Shown here piece after piece: positions 46,603-56,654 of a stretch of DNA of 57,643 nucleotides (position 1 is the first letter of the stretch; the number at the start of each line of letters is the position of its first letter). A program made the position numbers and the translations under genes. Location: the NCBI GenBank assembly GCA_036517195.1, contig DATDXU010000018.1, forward strand, positions 1 through 57,643, given 5' to 3'. Under the pieces are notes generated by a model. The model made no database searches. It was not told the origin of the DNA and saw only the letters and a list, made by a program, of their open reading frames with translations. Source of the stretch: Minisyncoccota bacterium (GTDB lineage Bacteria > Patescibacteriota > Minisyncoccia > Phycocordibacterales > UBA2100).

Positions 46603-46676
46603 TTAGGCGAGAGCATGCCGCGGGCAATCCCGCCCGCGGCATGTCCTTCCAACTTAAAGCAGAAAAGGATAAAGTC

Positions 46677-47426
46677 ATGGGACGTCTCACGGGCGACATG
46701 GACTCACACCTGATTGGTCGCGGCGGATTTGCCTTTACGGGCTTACGCTTCGACAAGTTGGGCGCCACAGAATACACATTGGTGACTGTTGCGGTTGATG
46801 TATCGGGTTCGGTGGAGTTGTTCGAAAAAGAACTGCTTTCCGCAATCAAACTCGCGGTTGACGCATGCAAGAAGTCGCCACGCTCGGATAACATTCTTGT
46901 TCGCGTACTGCTCTTCTCAACGAAGTTTCAGGGCGGAGTTTCTGAACTGCATGGGTTCAAGCCCCTCACGGATATTGATGTGGCGGCGTATCCGGCACTT
47001 CATCCTAGTGGCTCTACGCCACTGTGGGACGCGGTATATTCGTCGATTGGTGCGACAAACATCTACGCCGAATTACTTGCCAATCAAGATTATGGCGTGA
47101 ACGCAATCACGTTCGTCATCACCGATGGCGCCAACAATTCATCGACCGCGACGATGGCCATGATCAAGCATGAACTGAAAAAGGCGATATCGGGTGAAAA
47201 ACTCGAATCGATGATCAGCATCCTTGTTGGTATCAATTCTGCGGAATGTCGCACGTATCTTGAAGAGTTTCAAAAAGAGGCGGGCATGACGCATTACAAG
47301 GACATTGGCGATGCGACACCGCGGAATCTTGCGAAACTCGCGGCGTTCGTTTCTAGGTCCGTTTCCAGTCAGAGTCAAGCGCTCGGAACTGGTGTTCCAA
47401 GCAAACAGATCGCCGCTACGATCTGA
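46677..47426 (+). CDS. vWA-domain protein (TerY-like)
   Basis: MIDAS motif VAVDVSGS, then FST..SGSTPL, then VITDGANNSS. The start is placed after the GC-rich hairpin at 46613-46645, with AAGGAT upstream. Confidence 0.75.
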   Translation: MGRLTGDMDSHLIGRGGFAFTGLRFDKLGATEYTLVTVAVDVSGSVELFEKELLSAIKLAVDACKKSPRSDNILVRVLLFSTKFQGGVSELHGFKPLTDIDVAAYPALHPSGSTPLWDAVYSSIGATNIYAELLANQDYGVNAITFVITDGANNSSTATMAMIKHELKKAISGEKLESMISILVGINSAECRTYLEEFQKEAGMTHYKDIGDATPRNLAKLAAFVSRSVSSQSQALGTGVPSKQIAATI

Positions 47427-47492
47427 AAACAAAAGGGGAGAGGGCGACATCGTCTTCTCCCTATTTTTTTCACTCATACAAAGGAGAGGGTC

Positions 47493-48374
47493 ATGAAATT
47501 CCATAGCGACGACTACTTCCACATCGGACACGAACATGTGGTGGCAGGCAAACCTTGCCAAGATTATGCTCTCTCCGGACTTAGTGGGGGAGTGGCGTAC
47601 GCCACTGTTTCGGATGGATGTTCCACAGGTGGAAACACCGACGTGGGAGCACGACTTGTAGCATTGTCGGCTGCGAAAGCTATCCATACATTGGGAGACG
47701 CGGTCACAGGACCGAAACGGGACTATGCTGTAGAGGCAATTGTGTTCCATCAACAAACTATTCTAAACGAAGTTAAGACATTACTTTCTGTCACGCGAAA
47801 TGACATGTTGGCAACGTGCCTCTATGCCGTTGTATCAGAACGTGGTGGATTTGTTCATGTGCGCGGGGACGGTGTTGTCGCTTTCGTAAAGCGCAATGGA
47901 AGCATACTGCTTCATCGCTTTGATTGGGCGAACAATACTCCGTTCTATCCTGAATATCTGAACGATGACGTTTCCTCGTTTGTGGAAGCGCATGGTGGTG
48001 TAGAAGATGCGCACGCGCTTACGGAGGAAAAATGGCTCCTTACGAACAATGAATGCAAACATATCTCAACGACGACGCATTCCATTGCTCACGGAATGGG
48101 GGGTATGCTGATTGATATTAATCAAGAAGTAGTGAAAAACGAACTTGCGTATGTTGCTGTATTTACGGACGGCGTTGAGGCAGTTGATGGTATGGATTGG
48201 AAAGAAGCTGCCGCGCATCTGTTGGATTTCAAAAATACAGCAGGTGTATTCGCCAAACGGCGCATGATTCGTTTCGTGACAAAAGAAGCGACAGCGCGTG
48301 GCGTTGGTCCCTCGGATGACATCGCATACGCGGCCATTCGGGTGGAACACGAATCACAAGGAGGAGCACCATGA
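47493..48374 (+). CDS. PP2C-family protein phosphatase
   Basis: GKPCQDYA...ATVSDGCSTG...VFTDGV resembles PP2C_2-type phosphatases. AAAGGAGAGGG SD sequence. Confidence 0.7.
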   Translation: MKFHSDDYFHIGHEHVVAGKPCQDYALSGLSGGVAYATVSDGCSTGGNTDVGARLVALSAAKAIHTLGDAVTGPKRDYAVEAIVFHQQTILNEVKTLLSVTRNDMLATCLYAVVSERGGFVHVRGDGVVAFVKRNGSILLHRFDWANNTPFYPEYLNDDVSSFVEAHGGVEDAHALTEEKWLLTNNECKHISTTTHSIAHGMGGMLIDINQEVVKNELAYVAVFTDGVEAVDGMDWKEAAAHLLDFKNTAGVFAKRRMIRFVTKEATARGVGPSDDIAYAAIRVEHESQGGAP

Positions 48375-50113
48375 CCTCACGCACAGGCACCATTCATGTG
48401 GAGCTTGAGGGGCGTGGTCCCCTCACGCTTCGCGAGAGCGATTATGTTGCAAGTGGAGGAGAGGCGTCGGTATATAAAGCACACGGCACAAGCGTGAAGT
48501 TGTATACCGATTCTAAAAAAATGCGACGCGACGGAACGGCCGAAAAAATAAAGTTGCTGAAAGTGTTGCGTCATCCATTCATCATGGCGCCCGAGGGAAT
48601 TGTGCGAGATGCACAGGGGCATGAGATAGGAATCTACATGCCATACGCGGAAGGAGAACCACTCCCGCGAGTGTTCACCAACGCGTTTTGGCAGAGAGAA
48701 TCTTTCGACATCGCGCACGCGTCAACGCTTGTTGAACGCATGCGAGATACTGTTTCGTTTGCGCATAGCAATGGGGCAGTCATGGTTGACGGAAATGAAT
48801 TGAATTGGATTGCGCAAACGCGCGTGAAAAATGGCCCCGAGCCACGCACAATTGATGTGGATTCGTGGGCTATAGGGAAATTCGGAGCCACGGTTGTTAT
48901 GCCTTCCATTCGTGATTGGCATACCAAAGGGTTCACAAAAAATAGCGACTGGTTTACGTGGGGTGTTGTAACATTCCAACTATTCACGGGTATACATCCG
49001 TATCGGGGAACACGCGACGGGTATGAGAGAAATGAATTGGAGCGTCGGATGAAAGATAAAGTGTCCGTGTTCGCTCCTCGCGTACACCTGAACGCTTCGG
49101 TGCGTGATTTCAACACCATCCCGCCCGCGCTTAGGTCGTGGTACGAAGCGGTGTTTGAAAAGGGGGAGCGGACGATACCACCCTCGCCTTTTGACAAAGG
49201 TATCGCCGCAATTGCGCCGAGTGCCAGAACATACAGGGCGGTTGTAACTGCAACGGGCCAACTGGTGTTTGAGAAATTATTTGAAGTAACGGGGGACCCT
49301 GTACTTCGGGTATGGCCGTCTGGGGTGGTACTTCTTGCATCAGGAAAGATGTTTGACATTCGCTCCAAACGAATCATCAGTGTCGGTCAATCTCATGGTG
49401 CTGAAATTGTAAAAGTGCCCTGGGGCTGGCTCATCGGCGATTGGATGAATGGAAAACCCACATTTTCTTTCGTTGATGACCGCACTCTACAGCGCCAATC
49501 TCTTCCGTTCCAACTCGTAGGACACAGATTTATGCGTTTTGAAAATAGGATGTTCTTGGCAACTGACGACGCGTTGGTTGAACTTGAAGTGCTGTCCGTC
49601 GGACACGATCTTCTTTCAATCAAACAATCAACACCGATACTTGCTCCTCGCGCGACGACATGGTTTGATGGCGTCGGTGTCCAAAAAGCATTCGGCGCAA
49701 CGTTTATGATCCTGCCGTTTGACGACAATGCGTGCACGACAATTCGCGTCAAAGAGCTCGACGGGATTGAACTCGTGACAGCAAAAGCGGGCACTCGGTT
49801 TGTTGCTATGGTAGGCCTTAACTATCAGTCGGGTACCTATCAAAAATACGAACTCACGTTTACGGCGGATTACCGTTCGTACACCGTGTGGAGTGGACAC
49901 ACCGATAGCTCCGACTTGAATATCGCGATTCTGCCCAAGGGCGTGTGCGCGACCATCGTGAAAGATGGTGAGCTTTCCGTGTTCGTTCCTACAAACGGAC
50001 AGGTACATCGCGTCCTTGACCGACAGATTGCAACCGATATGCACCTTGGAAACTGGGAAGATTTGGTCGTGTATGTGTACGGTGGCGCACTCTGGAAATT
50101 GCAGATGAAATAG
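48371..50113 (+). CDS. Ser/Thr protein kinase-like protein with a C-terminal beta-rich domain of about 290 aa
   Basis: GGEASVYKA..VKLY, MVDGNELNW (catalytic-loop-like), IDVDSW (DFG-like), SDWFTWGVVTFQLFTGIHPY. Its ATG overlaps the PP2C stop (ATGA). Confidence 0.7.
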   Translation: MTSRTGTIHVELEGRGPLTLRESDYVASGGEASVYKAHGTSVKLYTDSKKMRRDGTAEKIKLLKVLRHPFIMAPEGIVRDAQGHEIGIYMPYAEGEPLPRVFTNAFWQRESFDIAHASTLVERMRDTVSFAHSNGAVMVDGNELNWIAQTRVKNGPEPRTIDVDSWAIGKFGATVVMPSIRDWHTKGFTKNSDWFTWGVVTFQLFTGIHPYRGTRDGYERNELERRMKDKVSVFAPRVHLNASVRDFNTIPPALRSWYEAVFEKGERTIPPSPFDKGIAAIAPSARTYRAVVTATGQLVFEKLFEVTGDPVLRVWPSGVVLLASGKMFDIRSKRIISVGQSHGAEIVKVPWGWLIGDWMNGKPTFSFVDDRTLQRQSLPFQLVGHRFMRFENRMFLATDDALVELEVLSVGHDLLSIKQSTPILAPRATTWFDGVGVQKAFGATFMILPFDDNACTTIRVKELDGIELVTAKAGTRFVAMVGLNYQSGTYQKYELTFTADYRSYTVWSGHTDSSDLNIAILPKGVCATIVKDGELSVFVPTNGQVHRVLDRQIATDMHLGNWEDLVVYVYGGALWKLQMK

Positions 50114-50267
50114 TCCTAAGATAGTGTTGGGGTTTGCGTAGGAACTGACGTTTCTTCACAAGCCCTCTTTGTAAGGCGCCTCGCTACACAAGGTGGGACG
50201 TCTTTAGAGAGAGTTCTTTCACAATCGTTCCGACTGTATTCGGAACATACAAAAGGAGTAGTGCGTC

Positions 50268-51566
50268 ATGAAAAATCAGGACTTTGTTGAAAGTCTGCGC
50301 GCGAGTGCAACTGAATTTACCCCACCTGTGCGCTCACTTATGGATGTGGATTTTTACAAATTCACCATGGGTCAGCTTATTTTAAGGCACCACGGGGGAA
50401 TGGAGGTCGTGTTCAAACTCATTGTGAGAGACCCGACTGCCTCCGTGGGGCACATTGTGTCTCAAACAGAGCTGCGGAAGTATCTTGATTATGCGATGGG
50501 TCTGCGTTTCAGAAAAACCGATCTCTATTATTTGCGCGGCGTAGACCTCTACGACAAATACATGTTCAAGGAAGAGTATCTTGATTTTCTGCGGGACTTC
50601 ACGTTACCCCCATACCAGCTCCGGCAGGTTGATGGGAACATTGAACTCACGTTCCGCGGACCGTGGGAAAGAGTGAGTATGTGGGAGACAATAGCGCTCG
50701 CTATCATTTCAGAGCTGTACTATCGCTCGGTGTTGGCAAAAATTCCAAAGCATGAGCTTGAGCTTGTGTATGTGCGGGCGAAAGATCGCATATATACGAA
50801 ACTGGAGACATTGCGACGTCATCCACACATTCGCTTCGCTGATTTCGGACAACGACGCCGACATAGTTTCCTTTGGCAAGAATGGGTCATTGGACTGTGT
50901 AGAGATGTTATGGAAGAGCAATTCACGGGAACTTCAAATGCGTGGATGGCGTTCCATCATGACCTTTCCCCAATTGGAACGAATGCACACGAGCTTCCTA
51001 TGGTTCTTGCGGCACTCGCCAATTCTGATGAGGAGAAGGTCGCATCTCAATACACTGTTCTCAAGGAGTGGGAAGAAATGTATGGGAAAGCGCTCCGTAT
51101 CATGCTTCCCGACACATTCTCGTCGGAGCAATTTTTCGCGAATGCACCGGAGTTTGTGGGCGAATGGCGAGGGATGCGGCAAGATTCAGGTGACCCGTTC
51201 ACTCGAGGACACCTGTACATCAACTGGCTTCGTAAACACGGTATTGACCCTCGTGAGAAGATGCTCGTTTTTTCTGACGGGCTTGATGTAGACCAGATGG
51301 TCCTGCTTCAAGAACACTTTGAGGGACAGATTAAAACGGCTTTCGGGTGGGGAACACTTCTCACCAACGATTTCCGCAACTGTCACACAGGCAACCAATA
51401 CTTGCGGCCGTTCTCTATGGTCTGCAAAGTTGTTGAAGCAAACGGTGTGCCGTGCGTGAAGTTGTCCGATAACATCAATAAGGCAACGGGACCCGTGGGA
51501 GAAGTGGAACGCTACAAAAAGATTTTTGGCGCTACTGAACGCACGAGTGAAGTTGTGCTCGTCTAG
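50268..51566 (+). CDS. pncB: nicotinate phosphoribosyltransferase
   Basis: MDVDFYKFTMGQ, FADFGQRRRHS, GTSNAW, RQDSGDP, FGWGT. Confidence 0.85.
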   Translation: MKNQDFVESLRASATEFTPPVRSLMDVDFYKFTMGQLILRHHGGMEVVFKLIVRDPTASVGHIVSQTELRKYLDYAMGLRFRKTDLYYLRGVDLYDKYMFKEEYLDFLRDFTLPPYQLRQVDGNIELTFRGPWERVSMWETIALAIISELYYRSVLAKIPKHELELVYVRAKDRIYTKLETLRRHPHIRFADFGQRRRHSFLWQEWVIGLCRDVMEEQFTGTSNAWMAFHHDLSPIGTNAHELPMVLAALANSDEEKVASQYTVLKEWEEMYGKALRIMLPDTFSSEQFFANAPEFVGEWRGMRQDSGDPFTRGHLYINWLRKHGIDPREKMLVFSDGLDVDQMVLLQEHFEGQIKTAFGWGTLLTNDFRNCHTGNQYLRPFSMVCKVVEANGVPCVKLSDNINKATGPVGEVERYKKIFGATERTSEVVLV

Positions 51567-51574
51567 TAGTATCT

Positions 51575-51617
51575 AAAAAAGGACCCCAGCGGTTATACCG
51601 CTGGGGGATTTTCTTTT
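51575..51617. terminator. bidirectional terminator between pncB and the mqo-like gene
   Basis: AAAAAAGGA-CCCCAGCGG-TTATA-CCGCTGGGG-GATTTTCTTTT. The mqo-like stop codon lies in the loop. Confidence 0.7.
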
Positions 51618-52900
51618 GAGACAACGTGTTTCTGAAAGAATTGCTGAACAATGGCGGCATCACGAGTGGCGTTTGCAAGACACACGGACGCACCGGGGGA
51701 GGGGGTTGTATTGAAGATACAGCCGTTTCCCACGATGGTCTTGTCGCCCATCTCCAGTTCACCCGTCTCAAGATCTACACTTTGGGGGCGTGTGCCTCCA
51801 GCACCTTTCCGCAGTGAAAGATCTTTGTACTGCAAGGTCGGCACGATGACCCGCGCCTCCTTTAAGAACAGAAAAGTGCCCACGAGTGGTATGTCGTACA
51901 GTACGTTTTTGCATACGTACCACAGAAGGTTCTTGTTGGCGAGAATCGTGAGCAGAACCCACAGTCCACGCAAAGACACGATTGGCAGTCGCACGAAGTC
52001 GAAAAACGTATTCAGACGATGTCTCTCCATGAGGGGTAGGGGCTTGGTCGTCGGGCCAAAACGCGTGTCGTTTTCGTTCAACACATCTGGGTCCCCGTGG
52101 ATTGCGGCGAATGGTATACCCTTTATTTGCGGGCGGTATACCTTTCCTCGAAGAAGTCGTCCCGCGGAATAGAAGTTGCCCGCGACAGGGAGAATTCCTA
52201 GATGCATAGTGTACCCGAGTTTTTGCGCGTATAGAAGTGAGTATGCGCCAGCGGCGAACACAAGTGTTGGGGCCATGTGTGTGCCTCGGTTTGTCTCAAG
52301 CACGAACCAGTTTCCCGTTTTTTTCAGGTCTGTGACTTCCGTGTCAAAAAGTACGCGTACGTTTGGATTGAACACGCGAGCATTTTCAACGAAGGATTCC
52401 GAGAGCTTCTGGTAATTAATCGCATACCCCTCGGTGCTCACCAACCCAAGTATGGGTTCGTCTTCCCGTCTGCCGAGAACAACCATCGGCTCAATGTCGG
52501 CCAATTCTTCCCGTTCCGCAAGACGCAAGTCTGGATAGAACGGCTTGAACTCTAGAAAGCGTTCCCGTAGTTCTTGTATTTCTTTCGCGCCAACCGCGAG
52601 AACCATTCTGTGTGTTTTTTTGAATAGTCCCGGGACTGCATGTTCTTCAACATACGCACGAAGTAGCACGGCGGCTTTTTGCACTTCAAGCGCATGCTTG
52701 AGTGAATAGTTTGTTTCTGTCCCGCCATCATGCGACGTTTGCGCGTTGTTGAGTGGGTGAGAGTTAACCTGTGCCACCCCCGAATATTTTTCAAGAAGTG
52801 TAATTTTTTTGATGTTCGGATGGTAGCGGCTCAATACATAGAGCAGTGCGGTTCCCGTAACCCCACCGCCCACGATAAGTACATCGTGTCTGGAGATCAT
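51593..52900 (-). CDS. mqo: FAD-dependent oxidoreductase, malate:quinone oxidoreductase-like
   Basis: DVLIVGGGVTGTAL, and VAQVNSHPLNNAQTSHDGGTETNYS resembles the MQO signature. It is shorter than typical MQO. Confidence 0.6.
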   Translation of the reverse strand: MISRHDVLIVGGGVTGTALLYVLSRYHPNIKKITLLEKYSGVAQVNSHPLNNAQTSHDGGTETNYSLKHALEVQKAAVLLRAYVEEHAVPGLFKKTHRMVLAVGAKEIQELRERFLEFKPFYPDLRLAEREELADIEPMVVLGRREDEPILGLVSTEGYAINYQKLSESFVENARVFNPNVRVLFDTEVTDLKKTGNWFVLETNRGTHMAPTLVFAAGAYSLLYAQKLGYTMHLGILPVAGNFYSAGRLLRGKVYRPQIKGIPFAAIHGDPDVLNENDTRFGPTTKPLPLMERHRLNTFFDFVRLPIVSLRGLWVLLTILANKNLLWYVCKNVLYDIPLVGTFLFLKEARVIVPTLQYKDLSLRKGAGGTRPQSVDLETGELEMGDKTIVGNGCIFNTTPSPGASVCLANATRDAAIVQQFFQKHVVSKENPPAV

Positions 52901-53010
52901 GGGTGCCTCCTGTTTTTGACCAGTATTACCTACGTTGATTTTACCATAAACGATATATAAGTCAATTTAAAAAAGAAAGCCACGCATGTGTCGTGCGTGG
53001 CCGTTGATTC

Positions 53011-54021
53011 TTATGTTCTTGAAACATCTTGAACGCCCTCAATTACCGCGCGTGTCCATTCGTTTGTTGACACGCTCGTGGTTTGATTGACACCCTTTGC
53101 GAACCATCCGTCACCAAGAGCCAAATTGATTCCGCTACGTATTCGCTGTGCATCGTCACGCATGTTTATGTGATCCAACATCATGGCAGCGGACAGCATC
53201 ATGGCGGCAGGATTCGCAACGCCCTTTCCGGCGATATCGGGTGCCGTTCCATGCACCGCTTCAAACACGGCATACTCATCACCGATATTTGCACCTGGTG
53301 CAAAACCGAGCGAGCCGTGCACGATGCCAGCGCATACATCCGAGAAGATATCCCCGAACATGTTTGTGTGCAGCATTACATCAAACTGTGATGCGTCCCT
53401 CATGAGTTGCATTCCGTAGTTGTCCACGATGAGGTCGCGACATTCGATATTCGGATGCCGTTTGGCCGCCGCATACGCCGCCGCACGAAACATGCCGTGC
53501 GAGACCTTCAAGATGTTTGCCTTGTGGACCACGCATACTCGCCTGCGTCCAGTGTGTTCTGCGTACCGAAACGCAAATTCCGCAATTCTGTCGCACCCGC
53601 GTTGCGTAATATCGTAGGTAACGCGCACTTGACCGCCCAACACTTCTTCCGTGGCGGCGTACTCGCCTTCGACGTTTTCGCGAATAATAACAAGGTCTAA
53701 ATCTTGACCATACCGTGTTCCTATGTACGGCATAGAAACGAGGGGTCGTACGTTGGCGTACAAATTAAGCTCTTGCCGTAGGCGCACGTTCAAGCTTTTG
53801 TGCCCCTCGCCAAGCGGTGTTCCGGTTGGCCCCTTGAGGGCAACTTTGTTGCGCTTCATGGATTCGAGCACAGAGGCAGGGAGAGTACCTCCCGTCTTTT
53901 CACCCAACTCATGTACCTCGAATTGCAACCCGACATTGAGAGCGTGGAGCACCCGCATGGTTGCCCCAACTACTTCGGGTCCGATTCCGTCTCCGGGGAG
54001 AACAGTGATGATTCGGGTCAT
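53011..54021 (-). CDS. isocitrate/isopropylmalate dehydrogenase family protein (NAD-IDH-like)
   Basis: LPGDGIGPEV, NLYANVRP, IIRENVEGEY, HKANILKVSHGMF, NMFGDIFSD, GSLGFAPGANIG. Confidence 0.8.
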   Translation of the reverse strand: MTRIITVLPGDGIGPEVVGATMRVLHALNVGLQFEVHELGEKTGGTLPASVLESMKRNKVALKGPTGTPLGEGHKSLNVRLRQELNLYANVRPLVSMPYIGTRYGQDLDLVIIRENVEGEYAATEEVLGGQVRVTYDITQRGCDRIAEFAFRYAEHTGRRRVCVVHKANILKVSHGMFRAAAYAAAKRHPNIECRDLIVDNYGMQLMRDASQFDVMLHTNMFGDIFSDVCAGIVHGSLGFAPGANIGDEYAVFEAVHGTAPDIAGKGVANPAAMMLSAAMMLDHINMRDDAQRIRSGINLALGDGWFAKGVNQTTSVSTNEWTRAVIEGVQDVSRT

Positions 54022-54098
54022 TTTTTCCTCTCTTTCTTTTCGTGTTTATTGCCGATATGACCGTTTGTATAATATCACAAAGTATGAAGTGCGTCAAA

Positions 54099-55427
54099 TC
54101 ATGCCGCACGTTCGTTCCGTTCCGCATATCGTTCTAGGTCCGCAACGAGTTTTGACATGTCATCAATAACGACCACGTCATTTTTTGTGTGATATCGTAT
54201 ACTCATAAATCGCATCGCTCGATCAAACGCCTCTTCAAAAACTTCGTTCGCGAGCCATCCTCCCGATCCAACTGTCCTGCCTTTGTAGTGTGTATAGATT
54301 GCTTGAATTTCTAACGCAAATTGTTCTGGGGAAAAATCTCTGTTTTCCGACGCGAGTTTTTCTTTCGCGAAGTCATACACATTTTCATTTGATACGAACC
54401 CCTGATAACGATGTATTATCGGCACTCCAGACAACAAGGACTCAATCTCTCTTCGGGCATTGGAGTGAATCCATGCGTTATGTACATAGCGCATGCAGTT
54501 CGGCTTATTTTTTCTTCCATGAAGTATTAGTTTCCCAATTTCGATATCTTCTCCAACTAATGCGTGTTCGTTATATCCGCCGATGGCAGCGTATATACCT
54601 GAACGCATCGCGCTGTTGCGTCCGTTCAACATAGGACCTCCCTGCATGCGCCGTTGAATCATTCTAAAATAATTGAGAAAACGAATCGTGGCATGCATGA
54701 GGGGAAAATGTGTGAACGATTCTATTGAGTGATCAGTGCCTCCACGAATAGCATCGATGTTCGGGTCGCTTTCAAATTTTTCGATGAGTATTTTTGCGTA
54801 CCGCGGATTGATACCCTCAAGATCTGCGTCGTTACTTGCAATAAGTATTGAATCGTCACGACCACTCGCCCGTTTTCTTTCGAGAATCGCGTCTGTCAGG
54901 TATTTTCGCACCCCCCCAATGTGCTTTTCCTCAAACGTTTTGTACAGATGAATAACGTGCACATCAGGATGTTCTTTCTGAAAACGAGTTATGTTGGCGG
55001 CGGTGTCATCGCGAGCGACTGTGTTTGGATGATTCTCGAGAATGACAACCTCAAACTCAGAATGATTCGGCATCGTTGCGTACCACGACAGGGTATTGTA
55101 TATATTTTTACCTTCTCTATACGCGGGTATCGCGATTGAAAGTTCGGTGGTTGGAGACAGTGGTGGTGCGTTCTCGATGAGTTTTTGAAGTTCTGCGCGA
55201 TATTCAGGCGACTGTTGGTTAAGGTATTCTTCTATAATTTTTCCATCTGCGCGAGACACATCCAGTTCTGGGTTGTTTTTTAAACTCGCAAGAATGTGGT
55301 CGGTGTAGGAAGATGGATCGAGAAGACCTCGCGAGTTATACAATTTCATTTTTCCGTCAAAGCCGATTCTTCTCGTTAATTTCTCGGGAGCCTTTGCGTG
55401 CGGAGAAAGCTGTTCTCGTGATTTCAT
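54099..55427 (-). CDS. family 2 glycosyltransferase-like protein
   Basis: SIAIPAYREGKNI and SNDADLEG (DxD-like). Confidence 0.55.
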   Translation of the reverse strand: MKSREQLSPHAKAPEKLTRRIGFDGKMKLYNSRGLLDPSSYTDHILASLKNNPELDVSRADGKIIEEYLNQQSPEYRAELQKLIENAPPLSPTTELSIAIPAYREGKNIYNTLSWYATMPNHSEFEVVILENHPNTVARDDTAANITRFQKEHPDVHVIHLYKTFEEKHIGGVRKYLTDAILERKRASGRDDSILIASNDADLEGINPRYAKILIEKFESDPNIDAIRGGTDHSIESFTHFPLMHATIRFLNYFRMIQRRMQGGPMLNGRNSAMRSGIYAAIGGYNEHALVGEDIEIGKLILHGRKNKPNCMRYVHNAWIHSNARREIESLLSGVPIIHRYQGFVSNENVYDFAKEKLASENRDFSPEQFALEIQAIYTHYKGRTVGSGGWLANEVFEEAFDRAMRFMSIRYHTKNDVVVIDDMSKLVADLERYAERNERAA

Positions 55428-55501
55428 AATAAAACTATACCATGTTCACTTTTCGTTTTTGGTACTGGAGTTTATATGATTTTCATGCTTTTGTTGTGTG
55501 A

Positions 55502-56602
55502 ATGTCTCTTAGTATAGGAATCGTAGGATTACCCAATGTCGGCAAATCGACGCTTTTTAATGCGCTTACCAAAAAAGGTGTGCCGGCGGAAAATTATCCT
55601 TTTTGCACCATTGACCCATCGGTGGGAGTGGTTGCGGTACCCGACGAACGATTGAGGAGGTTGAGTGCGATGTCGCACTCAATAAAAACAGTTCCTGCGG
55701 CGGTTGAGTTTGTGGATATCGCGGGGCTTGTAAAAGGCGCCTCCGAAGGGGAGGGACTTGGCAATCAGTTTCTTTCGCACATACGCGAAGTGGATGCGAT
55801 CGCACAGGTGGTGCGTATGTTTGACGACCCGGACATCAGCCACGTTCACGGCACGGTTGACCCTCTGCACGACATTGAGGTCATCAATTTAGAGCTCGTG
55901 CTTGCTGACTCGGAGAGCGCGTCAAAACAGTTTGAACGCTTGGGACATGACGCAAAGGGCGGGGACAAAGATGCCATTGCCGAACGCGATGTTTTGACGA
56001 AACTTTCTGCCGCACTTGAAATGGGAAAAATGGCGCGCACCGTCCCACTCAACGAAAAAGAAGGTGTAATTGCAAAGAAGTTTCATTTACTCACGATGAA
56101 GCCGATGTTGTATGTGTTGAATAAAAAGAGTGGGACGGTGAATGTGGACGCGGAAAATGGGGAGCGGTTTCGCACCCTCAAGAATTTTTTGCAAGAACAG
56201 AAAGCCCCGTGGGTTATTGTTGACGCGGGAGTTGAGAAAGAGCTGTCTGACGTGGGGGATCTGGAACGGGACGACTTTAGGCGAGAACTCGGTGTTTCCG
56301 AAGACGGTTTGAATGCGTTGATAAAAAAAGGATACGAAACGCTGGATCTCATTTCATTTTTCACCACAGGAGAAAAAGAAAGCCGCGCGTGGACAATTGT
56401 CTATGGTTCGACCGCGCCCTCCGCTGGCGCCGCCATTCACAGTGATTTTCGAGATAAATTTATTCGAGCAGAAGTGATTCGGTACGATGCGCTTCTAACC
56501 GTTGGCTCATACGCAAAAGCTCGCGAGCAGGGAATTCTTCGCACAGAAGGAAAAGAATACATCGTGAAAGATGGTGATGTTATGGAATTCTTACACAGCT
56601 GA
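55502..56602 (+). CDS. ychF: ribosome-binding ATPase YchF
   Basis: [40 protein letters not shown], and a TGS-like C-terminus. Confidence 0.9.
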   Translation: MSLSIGIVGLPNVGKSTLFNALTKKGVPAENYPFCTIDPSVGVVAVPDERLRRLSAMSHSIKTVPAAVEFVDIAGLVKGASEGEGLGNQFLSHIREVDAIAQVVRMFDDPDISHVHGTVDPLHDIEVINLELVLADSESASKQFERLGHDAKGGDKDAIAERDVLTKLSAALEMGKMARTVPLNEKEGVIAKKFHLLTMKPMLYVLNKKSGTVNVDAENGERFRTLKNFLQEQKAPWVIVDAGVEKELSDVGDLERDDFRRELGVSEDGLNALIKKGYETLDLISFFTTGEKESRAWTIVYGSTAPSAGAAIHSDFRDKFIRAEVIRYDALLTVGSYAKAREQGILRTEGKEYIVKDGDVMEFLHS

Positions 56603-56654
56603 TGCTATAGTATTCGTTACGTAACAATACTTATTAATAAAATATTTATACGAT

